A stretch of DNA of 64,000 nt from Thermoproteota archaeon (GCA_027078475.1 JALWYH010000029.1:10808-74807); one strand, 5' to 3'. Counted from the stretch's first letter, positions 27,337-37,759 are shown. Notes: a model not told the origin generated them from the sequence alone. A program made the numbers and translations.

Positions 27337-29553
27337 CTAGCTGAGCCATTCTTCCAGCCCCCCCGCCTTCCTCTCGGATATCCCGACCTTCTTGAGAGAG
27401 GAGATGGTCCTCTCCATGACTTGGTCGAAAAGCTTCACGTAATAATCGATGTCCACATCCTCCACATCGAAGAACTCCGCTGGCCTGGCCCTCTCATTGA
27501 TGCTACCGGGTCCCTTGACGATGAGGATCCTGAGAACCTGCCCCCTGTGTACCTCTATTCCCTTCTTCTGAAGGAGCCACGTTGCGACGTAGAATCCCTT
27601 GGTCCTCCTTTCGAACTTGTCAAGCTCCTTACCCATGGTCTCCATTATTATCAGATCCTCTTTGCTAACCTCTCGGTTCAAGATCCTCCTCCTGTACTCC
27701 TCGATCACTTTCTTTATCTCTTCCAGACCGCTTCCCTTGAGAGCCATCTCGACCACCTTCCTCTGAGCCTCCTTTATTATAGGGGGATAATCCCTCCTGA
27801 TGAACTCGAATCCCTTGGCTACGAGCCTGCCCTCGACCAAGTGAGCGTACTTCTTCTTGGCGACGTAAATCCCCCTCTCCGCTATGTACTCAAGTTCTAT
27901 CCTTATGGGCAGATCTTCGTTCACCTCATCGAGTAGGGCTATGTAGTCGTTCTCCTTCCCTCCGACGAGCTGGATTCCATCGGTGTCTATGTACACCACG
28001 GTCAGTCCCTTGGATTCGGCCCTCTGCCTAACCATCTTTATGTAATATCTCCCGAAGGCGGATGTAATCCTAGCCGCCTTCACGTTCATGAGGAGAGCGT
28101 TAGTCCATCCCATGTAGCCGTACATGGCATTAGTCACGACCTTGACTGCCTTCTGGAGGGCGTTCAGCCTCTTGTACTCTGGATCATCTCGGGGGAGCTC
28201 ACCCATCCTCGCCTTTATCCTTGCCCTCTCCTCCATTAGTCCACTGACCAAGATCGGAACCAGCCCCCTGACGTCCCTGCATATCCTAGCTGCCACCCCC
28301 TCTACCTCCACCTCCTCCACGTCATCGCACAGCTCTGGGGATGGATCCACAGTCTCGAAGCTTATGTTATGGTGGGCCATAATCGAGGGATACATGCTGG
28401 CGAAGTCCAAGTAGCCGATCTCCTCGTACATCCCCGGGGATTTGAGCCAGACGTATCCCCCCTCGTATCCTGTCTCCCTCCTAGCTCCCTTCTGAGGGAA
28501 GACCCAATCCCTAGATTTGGCCTCCCTGACTATGTATGACTCGACTATCTCACCCACGGGAGTCCTGATGAGCCTGTGAATCGGTCTCAGGGTGAGTTTA
28601 GAGAGCTCGGCCTGATGATCCATCAGCTTCCCATAAATCTCGCGTATCGTGTGCAGCTTCTGCTTGAGGTACTCCAAGGCCCTGTCCCTGTCCTTCCTCC
28701 AGACTTCCGCCACTCTGAATTTCATAAGCACCTTCGGCCTCCTCACACCTATCTCGTCGGCCAGTTCATACCATGTCCTCTCGGGGAGCTGGGGGAAGTC
28801 CCTCCACGCTATAGGAAAGAGATCCAAGTTGGCCCTCCCCCTTATCCTATTTTCAACGAGAATCGTTCCCCTGAAGAACCTGCCGGTTTCTTGGGGCTCT
28901 GAGCCATCTCTTCCTATTGAGAGCCTCATTCCATGTAATTTGGCCCTGGCCCTCATGTGCTTCAACTCATCGGCGTCATGACCGTAACCCACTAGAGCAT
29001 CGGGATCCTCTCCCCTCACCAAGGATACAAATTCCCCTATCACCGAGGAATCATCCGAGTCCATAGCCGTAATGACTTCTATCGGGCCGTCGTCGATGGC
29101 GTACGCCAGCGCGACCACGGGGCTCTTTCCCTCAACTGGGAAGCCCTCCTCGCTGTATATGAGGCCAGAGAAGAATAACTTCTTCAGCTCGGTCAGATCT
29201 CCGGGTTCGTCAACGGGCCTGAGGCTCTCAGTCAGCTGGGAGAACGGAATAAGATTGCGATCAACGCAGAACTGGAACCAGGACGGGATATCCACGTCGA
29301 AGGGCCTCCTCACTTTCTTGGCCGCCCTCTTCCTAGACTTATCGTCAAGGAAGTAGAACTTCACCAGCTCCTTCTCAACCCCTAGAACCCTTGCCCTCAC
29401 TCTCTCTCTTTCCAGGAAGCCCTGTACGCTTTTCTCCTCCTCTGGAAGAGTGTAGAAGTACGGCCTGTGCTTCGCCTTCCTGCTAGAACCCCCGCTGAAC
29501 CATAGCTCAACGGTGCCACCGTAATCCTCAAGATGGTAGTAGAGGGGAGGCAT
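27337..29553 (-). CDS. Family B DNA polymerase, second copy (PolB3-like, 738 aa)
   Basis: Motif A DFASMYPSIM, motif B KVVTNAMYGYMG, motif C YIDTDGIQL. The Exo I region reads LAYAIDDG, not FDIE. Confidence 0.8.
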   Translation of the reverse strand: MPPLYYHLEDYGGTVELWFSGGSSRKAKHRPYFYTLPEEEKSVQGFLERERVRARVLGVEKELVKFYFLDDKSRKRAAKKVRRPFDVDIPSWFQFCVDRNLIPFSQLTESLRPVDEPGDLTELKKLFFSGLIYSEEGFPVEGKSPVVALAYAIDDGPIEVITAMDSDDSSVIGEFVSLVRGEDPDALVGYGHDADELKHMRARAKLHGMRLSIGRDGSEPQETGRFFRGTILVENRIRGRANLDLFPIAWRDFPQLPERTWYELADEIGVRRPKVLMKFRVAEVWRKDRDRALEYLKQKLHTIREIYGKLMDHQAELSKLTLRPIHRLIRTPVGEIVESYIVREAKSRDWVFPQKGARRETGYEGGYVWLKSPGMYEEIGYLDFASMYPSIMAHHNISFETVDPSPELCDDVEEVEVEGVAARICRDVRGLVPILVSGLMEERARIKARMGELPRDDPEYKRLNALQKAVKVVTNAMYGYMGWTNALLMNVKAARITSAFGRYYIKMVRQRAESKGLTVVYIDTDGIQLVGGKENDYIALLDEVNEDLPIRIELEYIAERGIYVAKKKYAHLVEGRLVAKGFEFIRRDYPPIIKEAQRKVVEMALKGSGLEEIKKVIEEYRRRILNREVSKEDLIIMETMGKELDKFERRTKGFYVATWLLQKKGIEVHRGQVLRILIVKGPGSINERARPAEFFDVEDVDIDYYVKLFDQVMERTISSLKKVGISERKAGGLEEWLS

Positions 29554-29660
29554 TTACGCTCCTCCGGGGAGATTGGCGGGGAGAGCCTATAATGTTTCAC
29601 CGGCTATTCATACGCATCAGATTTTTGAGTGACCTCCCAAGTTACCGGGTGACCGGCTGA

Positions 29661-30776
29661 GTGAGGGAGTTCAATTCCCTTCTGGTGAGATACTCGGAGA
29701 TAGGCCTCAAATCGCCACACGTCAGGAGGGAGATGGAAAGGAGACTCGTGAGGAATTTGGAAGAGACTTTCAGATCTGAGGGAGTTCACTTTCTGAAGGT
29801 GGTGAAGAGGGCCAGCAGGATAGTGGTCTACACGTCGGATCCAAGGGTCAGAGAGGTGACGAGGCTCGTGTTCGGGGTCAAATCATACAGCCCTGCCATA
29901 GAGGTGGGTGCTGAGGTGGAGGAGATCGCGAAGGCTGCTATCAAGGTGGCCGGGTGGGGCGAGGGGAGCTTCGCGGTGAGAGCGAGGAGGGTGACGAAGG
30001 ATTTCCCCCTCACGTCGGTGGAGCTGGCTAGGGAAATAGGAAGCGCCGTTAAGGGAGCCACCGGAAGGAGCGTGGACCTCACCGAGCCCGATCAGGAGAT
30101 AATGATCGAGGTGATAGGAAGGAGGGCCTACGTCACGGATGAGAGAATAGAGGGTTACGGCGGCCTTCCGGTCGGCAGTCAGGGTAGAGTCGTCGCTCTG
30201 ATATCTAGCGGGATAGACAGCCCCGTCGCCGCATGGCTCCTGATGAGGAGGGGCGCCGTGGTCATCCCCGTTCACTTCAGGAAGACGCCGGAGGAGGAGA
30301 GGGGGTTCAGGGAGATAGTGTCGGTGCTCAGAAGGTACTCGTACGGGGCGGAGTTCGAACCTGTTGTTGTGGAGCACGGGACCGCCCTGAGGAGGTTCGC
30401 CGAGAGAGGAGCGAGGGAGTGGCTCTGTCTTCTCTGCAAGAGGAGGATGCTCGTCCTAGCAGACCGGTTGGCGAAAGAGAGGGGAGCCAAAGCGCTGGTC
30501 ACGGGAGATTCCCTGGGACAGGTGGCCAGCCAGACATTGGACAATCTGGAGGTGGAGAGCAGGTGCCTAGAGAAACCGGTGCTCCGTCCTCTGATAGGAA
30601 TGGACAAGGATGACATAGTGAAGCTGGCCAGGGAGATAGGCACCTACGAGGTGTCCATCTCCCATGACGTGAAGTGCCCCTTCGTCCCCGGGAGACCGAA
30701 GACAAAGGGAAGGTGGGATGAGTTCACCAAGGTGGCCATGAAGGTGGGCGCGGAGGACCTGTTGAGAACTTGTTAA
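29661..30776 (+). CDS. thiI: tRNA 4-thiouridine sulfurtransferase ThiI-like (THUMP + PP-loop)
   Basis: N-term LLVRYSEIGLKSPHVRR (THUMP). PP-loop RVVALISSGIDSPVAAWLL. Confidence 0.8.
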   Translation: MREFNSLLVRYSEIGLKSPHVRREMERRLVRNLEETFRSEGVHFLKVVKRASRIVVYTSDPRVREVTRLVFGVKSYSPAIEVGAEVEEIAKAAIKVAGWGEGSFAVRARRVTKDFPLTSVELAREIGSAVKGATGRSVDLTEPDQEIMIEVIGRRAYVTDERIEGYGGLPVGSQGRVVALISSGIDSPVAAWLLMRRGAVVIPVHFRKTPEEERGFREIVSVLRRYSYGAEFEPVVVEHGTALRRFAERGAREWLCLLCKRRMLVLADRLAKERGAKALVTGDSLGQVASQTLDNLEVESRCLEKPVLRPLIGMDKDDIVKLAREIGTYEVSISHDVKCPFVPGRPKTKGRWDEFTKVAMKVGAEDLLRTC

Positions 30777-30777
30777 G

Positions 30778-30906
30778 GGGGCTTAGCGGCTTCCGCGTTT
30801 CCCGAGCCCTTACGGAGCTCAGTACTCCGCGGAACGCGGCCGGGCTTAACTTCCGGGTTCGGAATGAGTCCGGGTGTGTCCCCGGCCGCTATGGCCGCTC
30901 GCCCTC
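30778..30906 (-). rRNA. rrf: 5S ribosomal RNA (stand-alone)
   Basis: The reverse complement contains CCCGGACUCAUUCCGAACCCGGAAGUUAAGCCC, nearly identical to Sulfolobus 5S loop C/helix III. Terminal helix GGGC-GCGGC / GCCGC-GCCC. ~129 nt; ends +/-5 nt. Confidence 0.85.
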
Positions 30907-30982
30907 GTTGGGGGTTATTCGCTCTCATTTATAAACTTGAAGGTCGACGTAGGAGTGATCGCGAGACGAGGTGCCCCCGGAG

Positions 30983-33940
30983 ATGAGCAGGGTGAGACAG
31001 TTACCTAGGAACTTCGATCCGAGGAAGTACGAGCCCGAGATACTGAGATTCTGGGAGGAGGCCAGGATATATGAGCGGTTAAGGGAGGCCAGGAAGGGTA
31101 GGAGGAGATTCCACTTCCTTGACGGTCCCCCCTACCCCTCATCCGACACTCCCCATCCCGGAACGGTCTGGAATAAGATAATCAAGGATTCGGTCCTGAG
31201 GTTCAGGAGGGGGGAAGGTCTGGATGTACTCGACAAGCCCGGCTGGGACACCCACGGCCTCCCCATCGAGGTGATGACCGAGAAGGCACTGGGTTTCTCC
31301 TCCAAGAAGGATATCGAGGAGTACGGCATAGACAAGTTCGTGATGAAGTGCAAGGAGCTCGCCTCCAGGAACCTCGAGTCCATGACCGGGCACTTCAAGG
31401 AGTTCGCCGTGTCCATGGACTGGGATCACCCCTACAGGACCTTCGAGAATGAATACATAGAGAGCGCCTGGTGGGGTGTGAAGAAGATCTGGGAGAGTGG
31501 CAGGCTGTATGAGGGTGAGAGACCGGTCCACTGGTGTCCGAGATGCGAGACCGTCTTATCCGACTATGAGGTCAGCGAGAGCTACAAGGATCTGATGGAC
31601 CCGTCCATTTACGTGAAGTTCAAGATCTGGGGAAAGGGCAACGAGTACCTGCTGATATGGACCACCACCCCGTGGACTCTACCAGGGAACGTCGCGGTCA
31701 TGGTGCATCCCAGCGAGACATACGTGAAGGTCAGAGTGGGAGACGAGTTCCTGATCTTGGCAAAAGCCAGACTTCAGGCCGTGATGGAGGAGGCAGGAGT
31801 CGAGGATTATGAGGTAGTCGAGGAGTTCGAGGGCCGGGAGCTGGAGGGTCTCAGATATGAGCACCCCTTGGAGGACCTGGTGCCCCTCCAGCGCGAGCTC
31901 AGGGATGTACACAGGGTGGTGCTGAGCGAGGAGTACGTGACCATGGAGGAGGGAAGCGGCTGCGTGCACAGCGCTCCCGGCCACGGGAAGGAGGACTTCG
32001 AGGTTGGAAGGAGATATGGGCTCCCCGTCGTCAGTCCCGTCGACGAGAGGGGGCGGTTCACAGAGGATGCCGGCAAGTACGCTGGTCTTCAGGTCAGGGA
32101 AGCCAACAACGTGATAATCCGAGATCTGGAAGAGAGGGGCGCCCTCTTCCACAAGGGAACAGTCATACACAAGTACCCGGTTTGCTGGAGATGCGACACT
32201 CCCCTGATAATAAGGACCACCAAGCAGTGGTTTGTGAAGCTGACCGATCTGAGGGAGAAGCTACTGGAAGAAAGTGGCAAGGTAAGGTGGGTTCCTAGGT
32301 GGGGAGGGGAGAGGAGATTCAGGGATTGGCTGCTGGGCTTGGAGGATTGGATCATATCGAGGCAGAGATACTGGGGGATTCCTCTCCCCGTGTGGAGGTG
32401 CGAGAAGTGCGGACACATAGAGGTGGTCGGCTCCGCCTCTGAAGTTGAGGAGAGGTCGGGGATCAGGCTGGAGGACCTTCACAGGCCTTGGGTGGACGAG
32501 GTTACCTGGAAGTGCCCGAAGTGCGGTGGGGTGATGAGAAGGGTACCTGACATAATGGATGTGTGGTACGATTCAGGAGTGTCTTTCTTCGCCAGTGTCG
32601 GCTACCCGCACAGGCATAAGGAGGAGTTCAGCGAGATATTCCCCGTTGACTTCATAACTGAGGGACATGATCAGATAAGGGGTTGGTTCTTCAGCCTTCT
32701 CAGGATGGGGACCTTGCTTTTCAACAGGGTACCATACAAGTCCGTCCTGATGCACGGATTCATGTTGGATGAGAAAGGAAGGGAGATGCACAAGCGACTG
32801 GGTAACTACGTGCCACCGCCGGAGATAATAAAGAAAGTGGCTAGGGATACCTTTAGATTCTTCGTTCTGACTAAGGTGCCGTGGCAGGACCTGAGATTCT
32901 CTTGGAAGGGCCTCAGGGAGATGGAGAGGCGCCTGTCTGTTGTTTGGAACGTTTACGTTTTTGGGACAACTTATCTGAGGGATAAGGAGCTTGGTGCTCT
33001 TCCCGAAAGGGATGAGTTGGACCCGGTCAACAGATGGGTTCTTTCCAAGCTCAACTCCATGATGAGGAGGATTAGGGAGGGCATGAATGAGTATCACCTC
33101 CACGTGGCCAGCAATGAGGTGCTCTCCTTCTTGATAGATGACCTGAGTCATCTCTACCTCAGGGTGGCCAGGAAGAAGCTGAGGTCGAAGGATGAGTCCG
33201 AGGCTGACCGATGGGGAAGGGTGCTCTACCACGTGCTTAGGGAGGCCCTGCCTTACCTTTCGATCTTCGCTCCCTTGATGGCCGAGAAAATATATTTGGA
33301 GTCCTTCAGATCCGAGGATGATCCTGAGAGCGTCAACTTCCTTCTCTTGGCTGAGCCCGATATCGGCGCTATAGATGAGGAGCTGGAGGACATGATGGAC
33401 CGGGCCAGATCAATCGTCAGTGCCTCCGGTTACGCTAGGTCCAACGCGGGTATCAAGAGAAGGCAGCCTCTCAGAGAAATGGTGGTCGTGACCGAGGATG
33501 AGATGACTAAGAAAGCGGTCGAAACTCTCAGGGAGGTGATACTTGCCGAGGCCAATGTGAGGGATGTGAGAGTCGGCGACGAGCCCGTCAAGGGGAATTG
33601 GGCCCAGGCAGAGTTCAACTCGGGTAAGGTGTTCCTTAATCTAGAGCTGGGGGAGGAGGAGGTACTTGGAGGTCTCGCCAGGGAGCTGACCAGGAGGATA
33701 CAGTTGATGAGGAAGGAATTGGGGCTCACAATCGGACTTGAGAGGATAGAGGTCTACGTCCAAGGCGATGATGAGTTCAGGAGAGCCTTGGAGAGGTACC
33801 AAGACGAGATAGCCTGGGATTCCGATGCTGATGTTATAAAGTTCGTGGAAAGCGAGGATGAGGTGCCCGGGAGTTCATTTGGTAAGGAATGGGAGATAGA
33901 TGGGAGGAGGGTCTACATATGGGTGAGGAAGGTCGAGTGA
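30983..33940 (+). CDS. ileS: Isoleucyl-tRNA synthetase
   Basis: IleRS editing motif WTTTPWTLPGN; CP1 zinc motifs; class I fold. The signature motifs are unusual: HIGH reads HPGT and KMSKS reads EMHKR. ATG at 30983; the ORF track begins at GTG 30971. Confidence 0.85.
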   Translation: MSRVRQLPRNFDPRKYEPEILRFWEEARIYERLREARKGRRRFHFLDGPPYPSSDTPHPGTVWNKIIKDSVLRFRRGEGLDVLDKPGWDTHGLPIEVMTEKALGFSSKKDIEEYGIDKFVMKCKELASRNLESMTGHFKEFAVSMDWDHPYRTFENEYIESAWWGVKKIWESGRLYEGERPVHWCPRCETVLSDYEVSESYKDLMDPSIYVKFKIWGKGNEYLLIWTTTPWTLPGNVAVMVHPSETYVKVRVGDEFLILAKARLQAVMEEAGVEDYEVVEEFEGRELEGLRYEHPLEDLVPLQRELRDVHRVVLSEEYVTMEEGSGCVHSAPGHGKEDFEVGRRYGLPVVSPVDERGRFTEDAGKYAGLQVREANNVIIRDLEERGALFHKGTVIHKYPVCWRCDTPLIIRTTKQWFVKLTDLREKLLEESGKVRWVPRWGGERRFRDWLLGLEDWIISRQRYWGIPLPVWRCEKCGHIEVVGSASEVEERSGIRLEDLHRPWVDEVTWKCPKCGGVMRRVPDIMDVWYDSGVSFFASVGYPHRHKEEFSEIFPVDFITEGHDQIRGWFFSLLRMGTLLFNRVPYKSVLMHGFMLDEKGREMHKRLGNYVPPPEIIKKVARDTFRFFVLTKVPWQDLRFSWKGLREMERRLSVVWNVYVFGTTYLRDKELGALPERDELDPVNRWVLSKLNSMMRRIREGMNEYHLHVASNEVLSFLIDDLSHLYLRVARKKLRSKDESEADRWGRVLYHVLREALPYLSIFAPLMAEKIYLESFRSEDDPESVNFLLLAEPDIGAIDEELEDMMDRARSIVSASGYARSNAGIKRRQPLREMVVVTEDEMTKKAVETLREVILAEANVRDVRVGDEPVKGNWAQAEFNSGKVFLNLELGEEEVLGGLARELTRRIQLMRKELGLTIGLERIEVYVQGDDEFRRALERYQDEIAWDSDADVIKFVESEDEVPGSSFGKEWEIDGRRVYIWVRKVE

Positions 33941-35196
33941 GAGTACACGGCTGGGTCAGCGAGGTCCGGGATCTAGGGAGGATAAGGTTCGTCGTTCTGA
34001 GGAACTGGAGGGAGAAGGTTCAGCTCACCCTTAAGAGGGGAGTTACACCGGACGAACTCTTCGACCTCACTGATGAATTGACGCAGGAGTCCGTCATTGA
34101 GGCCATTGGTGAGGAGGTGGCGGAGAAGAGGGCCAAGGCCGTGGACAGGGAGGTGATTCCCTCAAAGGTGATCGTTCACTCAATAGCTGATCCCAAGCTG
34201 CCCATGGACCCCAACTGGAAGGTCCCTGCGCAGTTACCTACCAGGCTGGATAACAGACCGTTAGACCTGAGGAGACCTGAGGTACAGGCCATTTTCAAGA
34301 TAGAGGCCTCTCTAATCCATGGAATGGAGGATTGGCTCAGGGAGAATGGATTCCTTAGGGTCTTCACACCCGCTATCATAGGGGCCGCCAGCGAGAGCGG
34401 TGCCGAGGTCTTCAGGGTCAAGTACTTCGACAGGGAGGCCTACCTGAGGCAGGATCCACAGCTCCACAGGCAGCTGACTGTGATAGGGGGCTTCGAGAGG
34501 ATATACGACTTGGGAGTCAATTGGAGGGCCGAACTCAGTCACACACCCAGGCATCTCAGCGAGTTCAGATCGATTGCCGTGGAGCTAGCTTTCATAGAGA
34601 ATGAGCAGGACACCATGAGAGTGGAGGAAAGCATGATAAGGGCCGGGATCCAGCGGGTGGTGGAGGAGAGATCGAGGGAGCTGGAGCTGCTCGGGATCCA
34701 GCTGGAGATCCCCAATGTTCCGTTCCCGGAGCTCAGGTTCCCGAAGGTGTACGACATACTGGAGGAGATGGGCAAGGAAGTGGAGTACGGGGAGGACTAC
34801 GATACCGAGAGCGAGAAGCTCCTTTGGCAGTATGTCAGGCAGGAGTATGGATCAGACTTCTTCTTCGTCAACAGGTTCCCCTTCAAGGCTAAGCCCTTCT
34901 ACGTGATGAAGGAGGATGATATGTGGGCGAGGAGCGTTGATCTGCTGTATAAGGGACTTGAGCTCAGTTCGGGTGGTCAGAGGGAGCACAGGTACGAGGT
35001 CTTATTGTCCCAGATAGTGGAGAAGGGCATGAACCCCAAGAACCTTGAATGGTTCACGAAGTTCTTCGCCTACGGCGCTCCGCCGCATGGAGGATTCGCT
35101 GTTGGTATAGAAAGACTCACCATGAAGATGCTAAACCTCCAGAACATTAAGGAGGCTGCTCTGTTTCCCAGGGACCCTGAGAGGGTATTGCCTTAA
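33889..35196 (+). CDS. aspS: Aspartyl-tRNA synthetase (archaeal type, probably non-discriminating given GatDE); AsnRS not excluded
   Basis: N-terminal OB fold VRVHGWVSEVRDLGRIRFVVLR. Class II motifs. C-terminal GGFAVGIERLTMKMLNLQNIKEAALFPRDPERVLP is AspRS-like. Alternative ATG at 33919. Overlaps the ileS end. Confidence 0.65.
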   Translation: MGDRWEEGLHMGEEGRVRVHGWVSEVRDLGRIRFVVLRNWREKVQLTLKRGVTPDELFDLTDELTQESVIEAIGEEVAEKRAKAVDREVIPSKVIVHSIADPKLPMDPNWKVPAQLPTRLDNRPLDLRRPEVQAIFKIEASLIHGMEDWLRENGFLRVFTPAIIGAASESGAEVFRVKYFDREAYLRQDPQLHRQLTVIGGFERIYDLGVNWRAELSHTPRHLSEFRSIAVELAFIENEQDTMRVEESMIRAGIQRVVEERSRELELLGIQLEIPNVPFPELRFPKVYDILEEMGKEVEYGEDYDTESEKLLWQYVRQEYGSDFFFVNRFPFKAKPFYVMKEDDMWARSVDLLYKGLELSSGGQREHRYEVLLSQIVEKGMNPKNLEWFTKFFAYGAPPHGGFAVGIERLTMKMLNLQNIKEAALFPRDPERVLP

Positions 35197-35250
35197 TCCC
35201 TTGGATCATTAATCGACGATAGTCGTTCAAACGTAAAATAGGCGCAGGAG

Positions 35251-37758
35251 ATGGAACGCCTGAAAATGTGGAATAAGAGAATCTTGGCCTGGATCACAGC
35301 GCTGCTATTGCTGTCTGTAAGCCTGACATTGGCTCATGCCCAGCCTCCAAATGATCAAACTCATGAGAGAGGCAGCAGCGTGGTGTACGGTGGGGTGGCT
35401 CTAGTCAGGGGACGGCAGATCCCGAACTCGGTTCAGGTGATTGGAACCACTGAATACTCCATTTCTGCACTGGCCAAGATAGGGAAAGAGGGGTCCTTCC
35501 CCCTGAAGGATGCCAACTCAACTTACAACCTAGTCTCGGTGAATGACACTTATGTAACCTTCGCTCTGAAGAAGGAAGTGAGGGTTCAGGCGATCCGGGC
35601 CCAAGTTCAGTCCGGACCGATTAGTCCCACCGCTAGAGGCGACTACATCTTAGTGGGGCCCTTCCTAGTGAGGATATCTTCCTCTAAAATAGAGGAGATA
35701 TCCGTTGTGTCCGAGAGAAGGCCCGCTGTAGAATTGATAGAGGCGAAGGTCAAGGGAAGGGCCATCGCCATGATAGGCGGAAAGCGGTTAGTCGGTTCTT
35801 GGGTTCCCTCCCTAGATGGGTGGATATTCGAACTTAACTGGACTCAGCAAGGAGATCTCTCCCATGTGTTGATATGCAGGAATAACACCCTGCTCTCCTT
35901 CTATGGATTGATGAGACCTTTCACTGGCGAGGTAGAGCTCGATAGTCCGGTTAGCCCCTACACCAACGCCAGGATATCTCTAGGAGATGATATGGTTTCT
36001 CTACTAGCCCAAGGACCTACACTGAATCTCTCCCTTGTTCATGAGCTACCGATTCGTGAGTTCTTGGGGATATACGAAGTGGCTGGCGCCAGGTTCCTGA
36101 TCAAGATATCCAAGGAAGGAAAATCCTCCTATGGGATACTCTCACCGGAGGGATGTGACACGTGCGTCATAGACGGCATTACCTATGTATCGGATCCTAG
36201 TTTCAAGCTAGACATGGGGCTGGACATCCCTAAGGAGGGAATAGGGGGAACGTCCATCCCTATATCTGTCCATCCAGGAGAGGCATCGAACCTAACCCTC
36301 CTCCTTCCTGGGGGTATCTCGGTGGTTATGGGGAATGAGGGATTCGATTACTCCCTTAGAGTGAGACTTCCGCTCCCAAAGACGGATACTGTGTCCCCCA
36401 TATACCTGACGGGGGAGTCTGAGGATGGCATATTTGGGATAGAGCGAGATATCAGGATACTTAAGGCCTACGACGTCAGACTCTTGAATGAGACCCGTGT
36501 CTTCCTCGTAGGCGGGAGGGGAGATCTTCACATCCTGGCGCTGAATGCTGGTCCCTCGCCTCTATCCCTACTGGAGGCCGAGTTAAACCTCACCACCAAG
36601 GGAGGGAACGTGTTATCCCTGAGATTTCCTCTCTCAATAGAGCTACAGAGCAACAGGTCTCAGAGGATACTGCTGCCCCTCAACCTGCCTGTGGGGGATT
36701 ATAAGGGTATCCTTAATGTGCTCGTCAGGGATTACAGTGGAGAGATCCACACAATATCTCTAGGAGTGATTACTATAGTGTCCACCGGGGAGGATCCCTT
36801 GAACGTCCTTATAGCCATCTCCCCAGACCTTCCGGGGATTGGTGATAAGGTTCGTATCAAGGTGACTTTCACAACCATGGTGCCTATCTCCAAGATGCTA
36901 GTCTCTATCAACTCATCCGAGGAACTGGAGCCCATCTCAGACACATCCAAGTTACTTAGAGATATTCCGGAGGGATCCACCAAGGAGCTCTCATTCTCGT
37001 TCAGGGCTAAGAAGGTGGGTCCCGCCGATGTGCAAGTGGCTATCTACTACTCCATAGAGGGCGAGTTCGAGGAGAGGGTCTACACCAAGGAGGTGAAGAT
37101 ACCCGTCGGGGGAGTGTCCGGTAGGGCGGAAGTGAGTGCCGACAGGACGGAGATCAGTGTGGGTGAGGCTGTGAGATTCAGGATCAGGATCGAGGACATC
37201 TCCGGCAACGTGACAGTGGAGTTCCCTCGGAAGATGTCCATCTTAGAGGCTAGGGGGATAATAAGGGGAAACTCGGTCACGTTCAACGCTCCTGGGGAGG
37301 TGGAAGTGGTGGGAGCCTTCTCAGAGGGAGGCACGTTCGTTGTTCCCACCTACATATCAGTGAACGGGAGTCTACTGGTTCCGTCAAATACCATCACTAT
37401 CCGGGTTAAGGGAGAGAGTAGCCTGCAGTCCGTGGAGATGTCCCTCAGATCCAAGTTGGCCGATCTAAACAGGAGGTTCAGGACCCTGAAGGAGGCCTCA
37501 GGCAGTCTCAGCCCCGAAACCAAGAAGAGAATGTCAGAGGTGGAGGCGATGCTCAAGGAGGCTGGAAGGCTCATCAACAGTGCCGAATATGAGAAGGCGA
37601 GAGAGGTACTCCACAGAGCTGAGACTGAGATATCTTCCCTCGAGGAATACACTTACTCCTCCTTGGATGAGCTGATGAATAGCCTCATATACTTCCTGAT
37701 AGGGGCCGGGATCACCTCAGCCGCGCTGCTAGCCATCCGTTGGGGGAGGAGATCGTAG
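35251..37758 (+). CDS. Large secreted surface protein (S-layer / cell-surface glycoprotein-like), hypothetical
   Basis: Signal peptide MWNKRILAWITALLLLSVSLTLAHA. 835 aa, beta-rich, with many N-glycosylation sequons. Coiled-coil near the C-terminus. Terminal TM anchor IYFLIGAGITSAALLAI plus RWGRRS. Confidence 0.5.
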   Translation: MERLKMWNKRILAWITALLLLSVSLTLAHAQPPNDQTHERGSSVVYGGVALVRGRQIPNSVQVIGTTEYSISALAKIGKEGSFPLKDANSTYNLVSVNDTYVTFALKKEVRVQAIRAQVQSGPISPTARGDYILVGPFLVRISSSKIEEISVVSERRPAVELIEAKVKGRAIAMIGGKRLVGSWVPSLDGWIFELNWTQQGDLSHVLICRNNTLLSFYGLMRPFTGEVELDSPVSPYTNARISLGDDMVSLLAQGPTLNLSLVHELPIREFLGIYEVAGARFLIKISKEGKSSYGILSPEGCDTCVIDGITYVSDPSFKLDMGLDIPKEGIGGTSIPISVHPGEASNLTLLLPGGISVVMGNEGFDYSLRVRLPLPKTDTVSPIYLTGESEDGIFGIERDIRILKAYDVRLLNETRVFLVGGRGDLHILALNAGPSPLSLLEAELNLTTKGGNVLSLRFPLSIELQSNRSQRILLPLNLPVGDYKGILNVLVRDYSGEIHTISLGVITIVSTGEDPLNVLIAISPDLPGIGDKVRIKVTFTTMVPISKMLVSINSSEELEPISDTSKLLRDIPEGSTKELSFSFRAKKVGPADVQVAIYYSIEGEFEERVYTKEVKIPVGGVSGRAEVSADRTEISVGEAVRFRIRIEDISGNVTVEFPRKMSILEARGIIRGNSVTFNAPGEVEVVGAFSEGGTFVVPTYISVNGSLLVPSNTITIRVKGESSLQSVEMSLRSKLADLNRRFRTLKEASGSLSPETKKRMSEVEAMLKEAGRLINSAEYEKAREVLHRAETEISSLEEYTYSSLDELMNSLIYFLIGAGITSAALLAIRWGRRS

Positions 37759-37759
37759 G

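Noticed and set aside
29661-29700. tRNA T-arm-like AGGGAGTTCAATTCCCT
   Set aside because: It is the first 13 codons of thiI (MREFNSLLVRY). No acceptor or anticodon arms around it.
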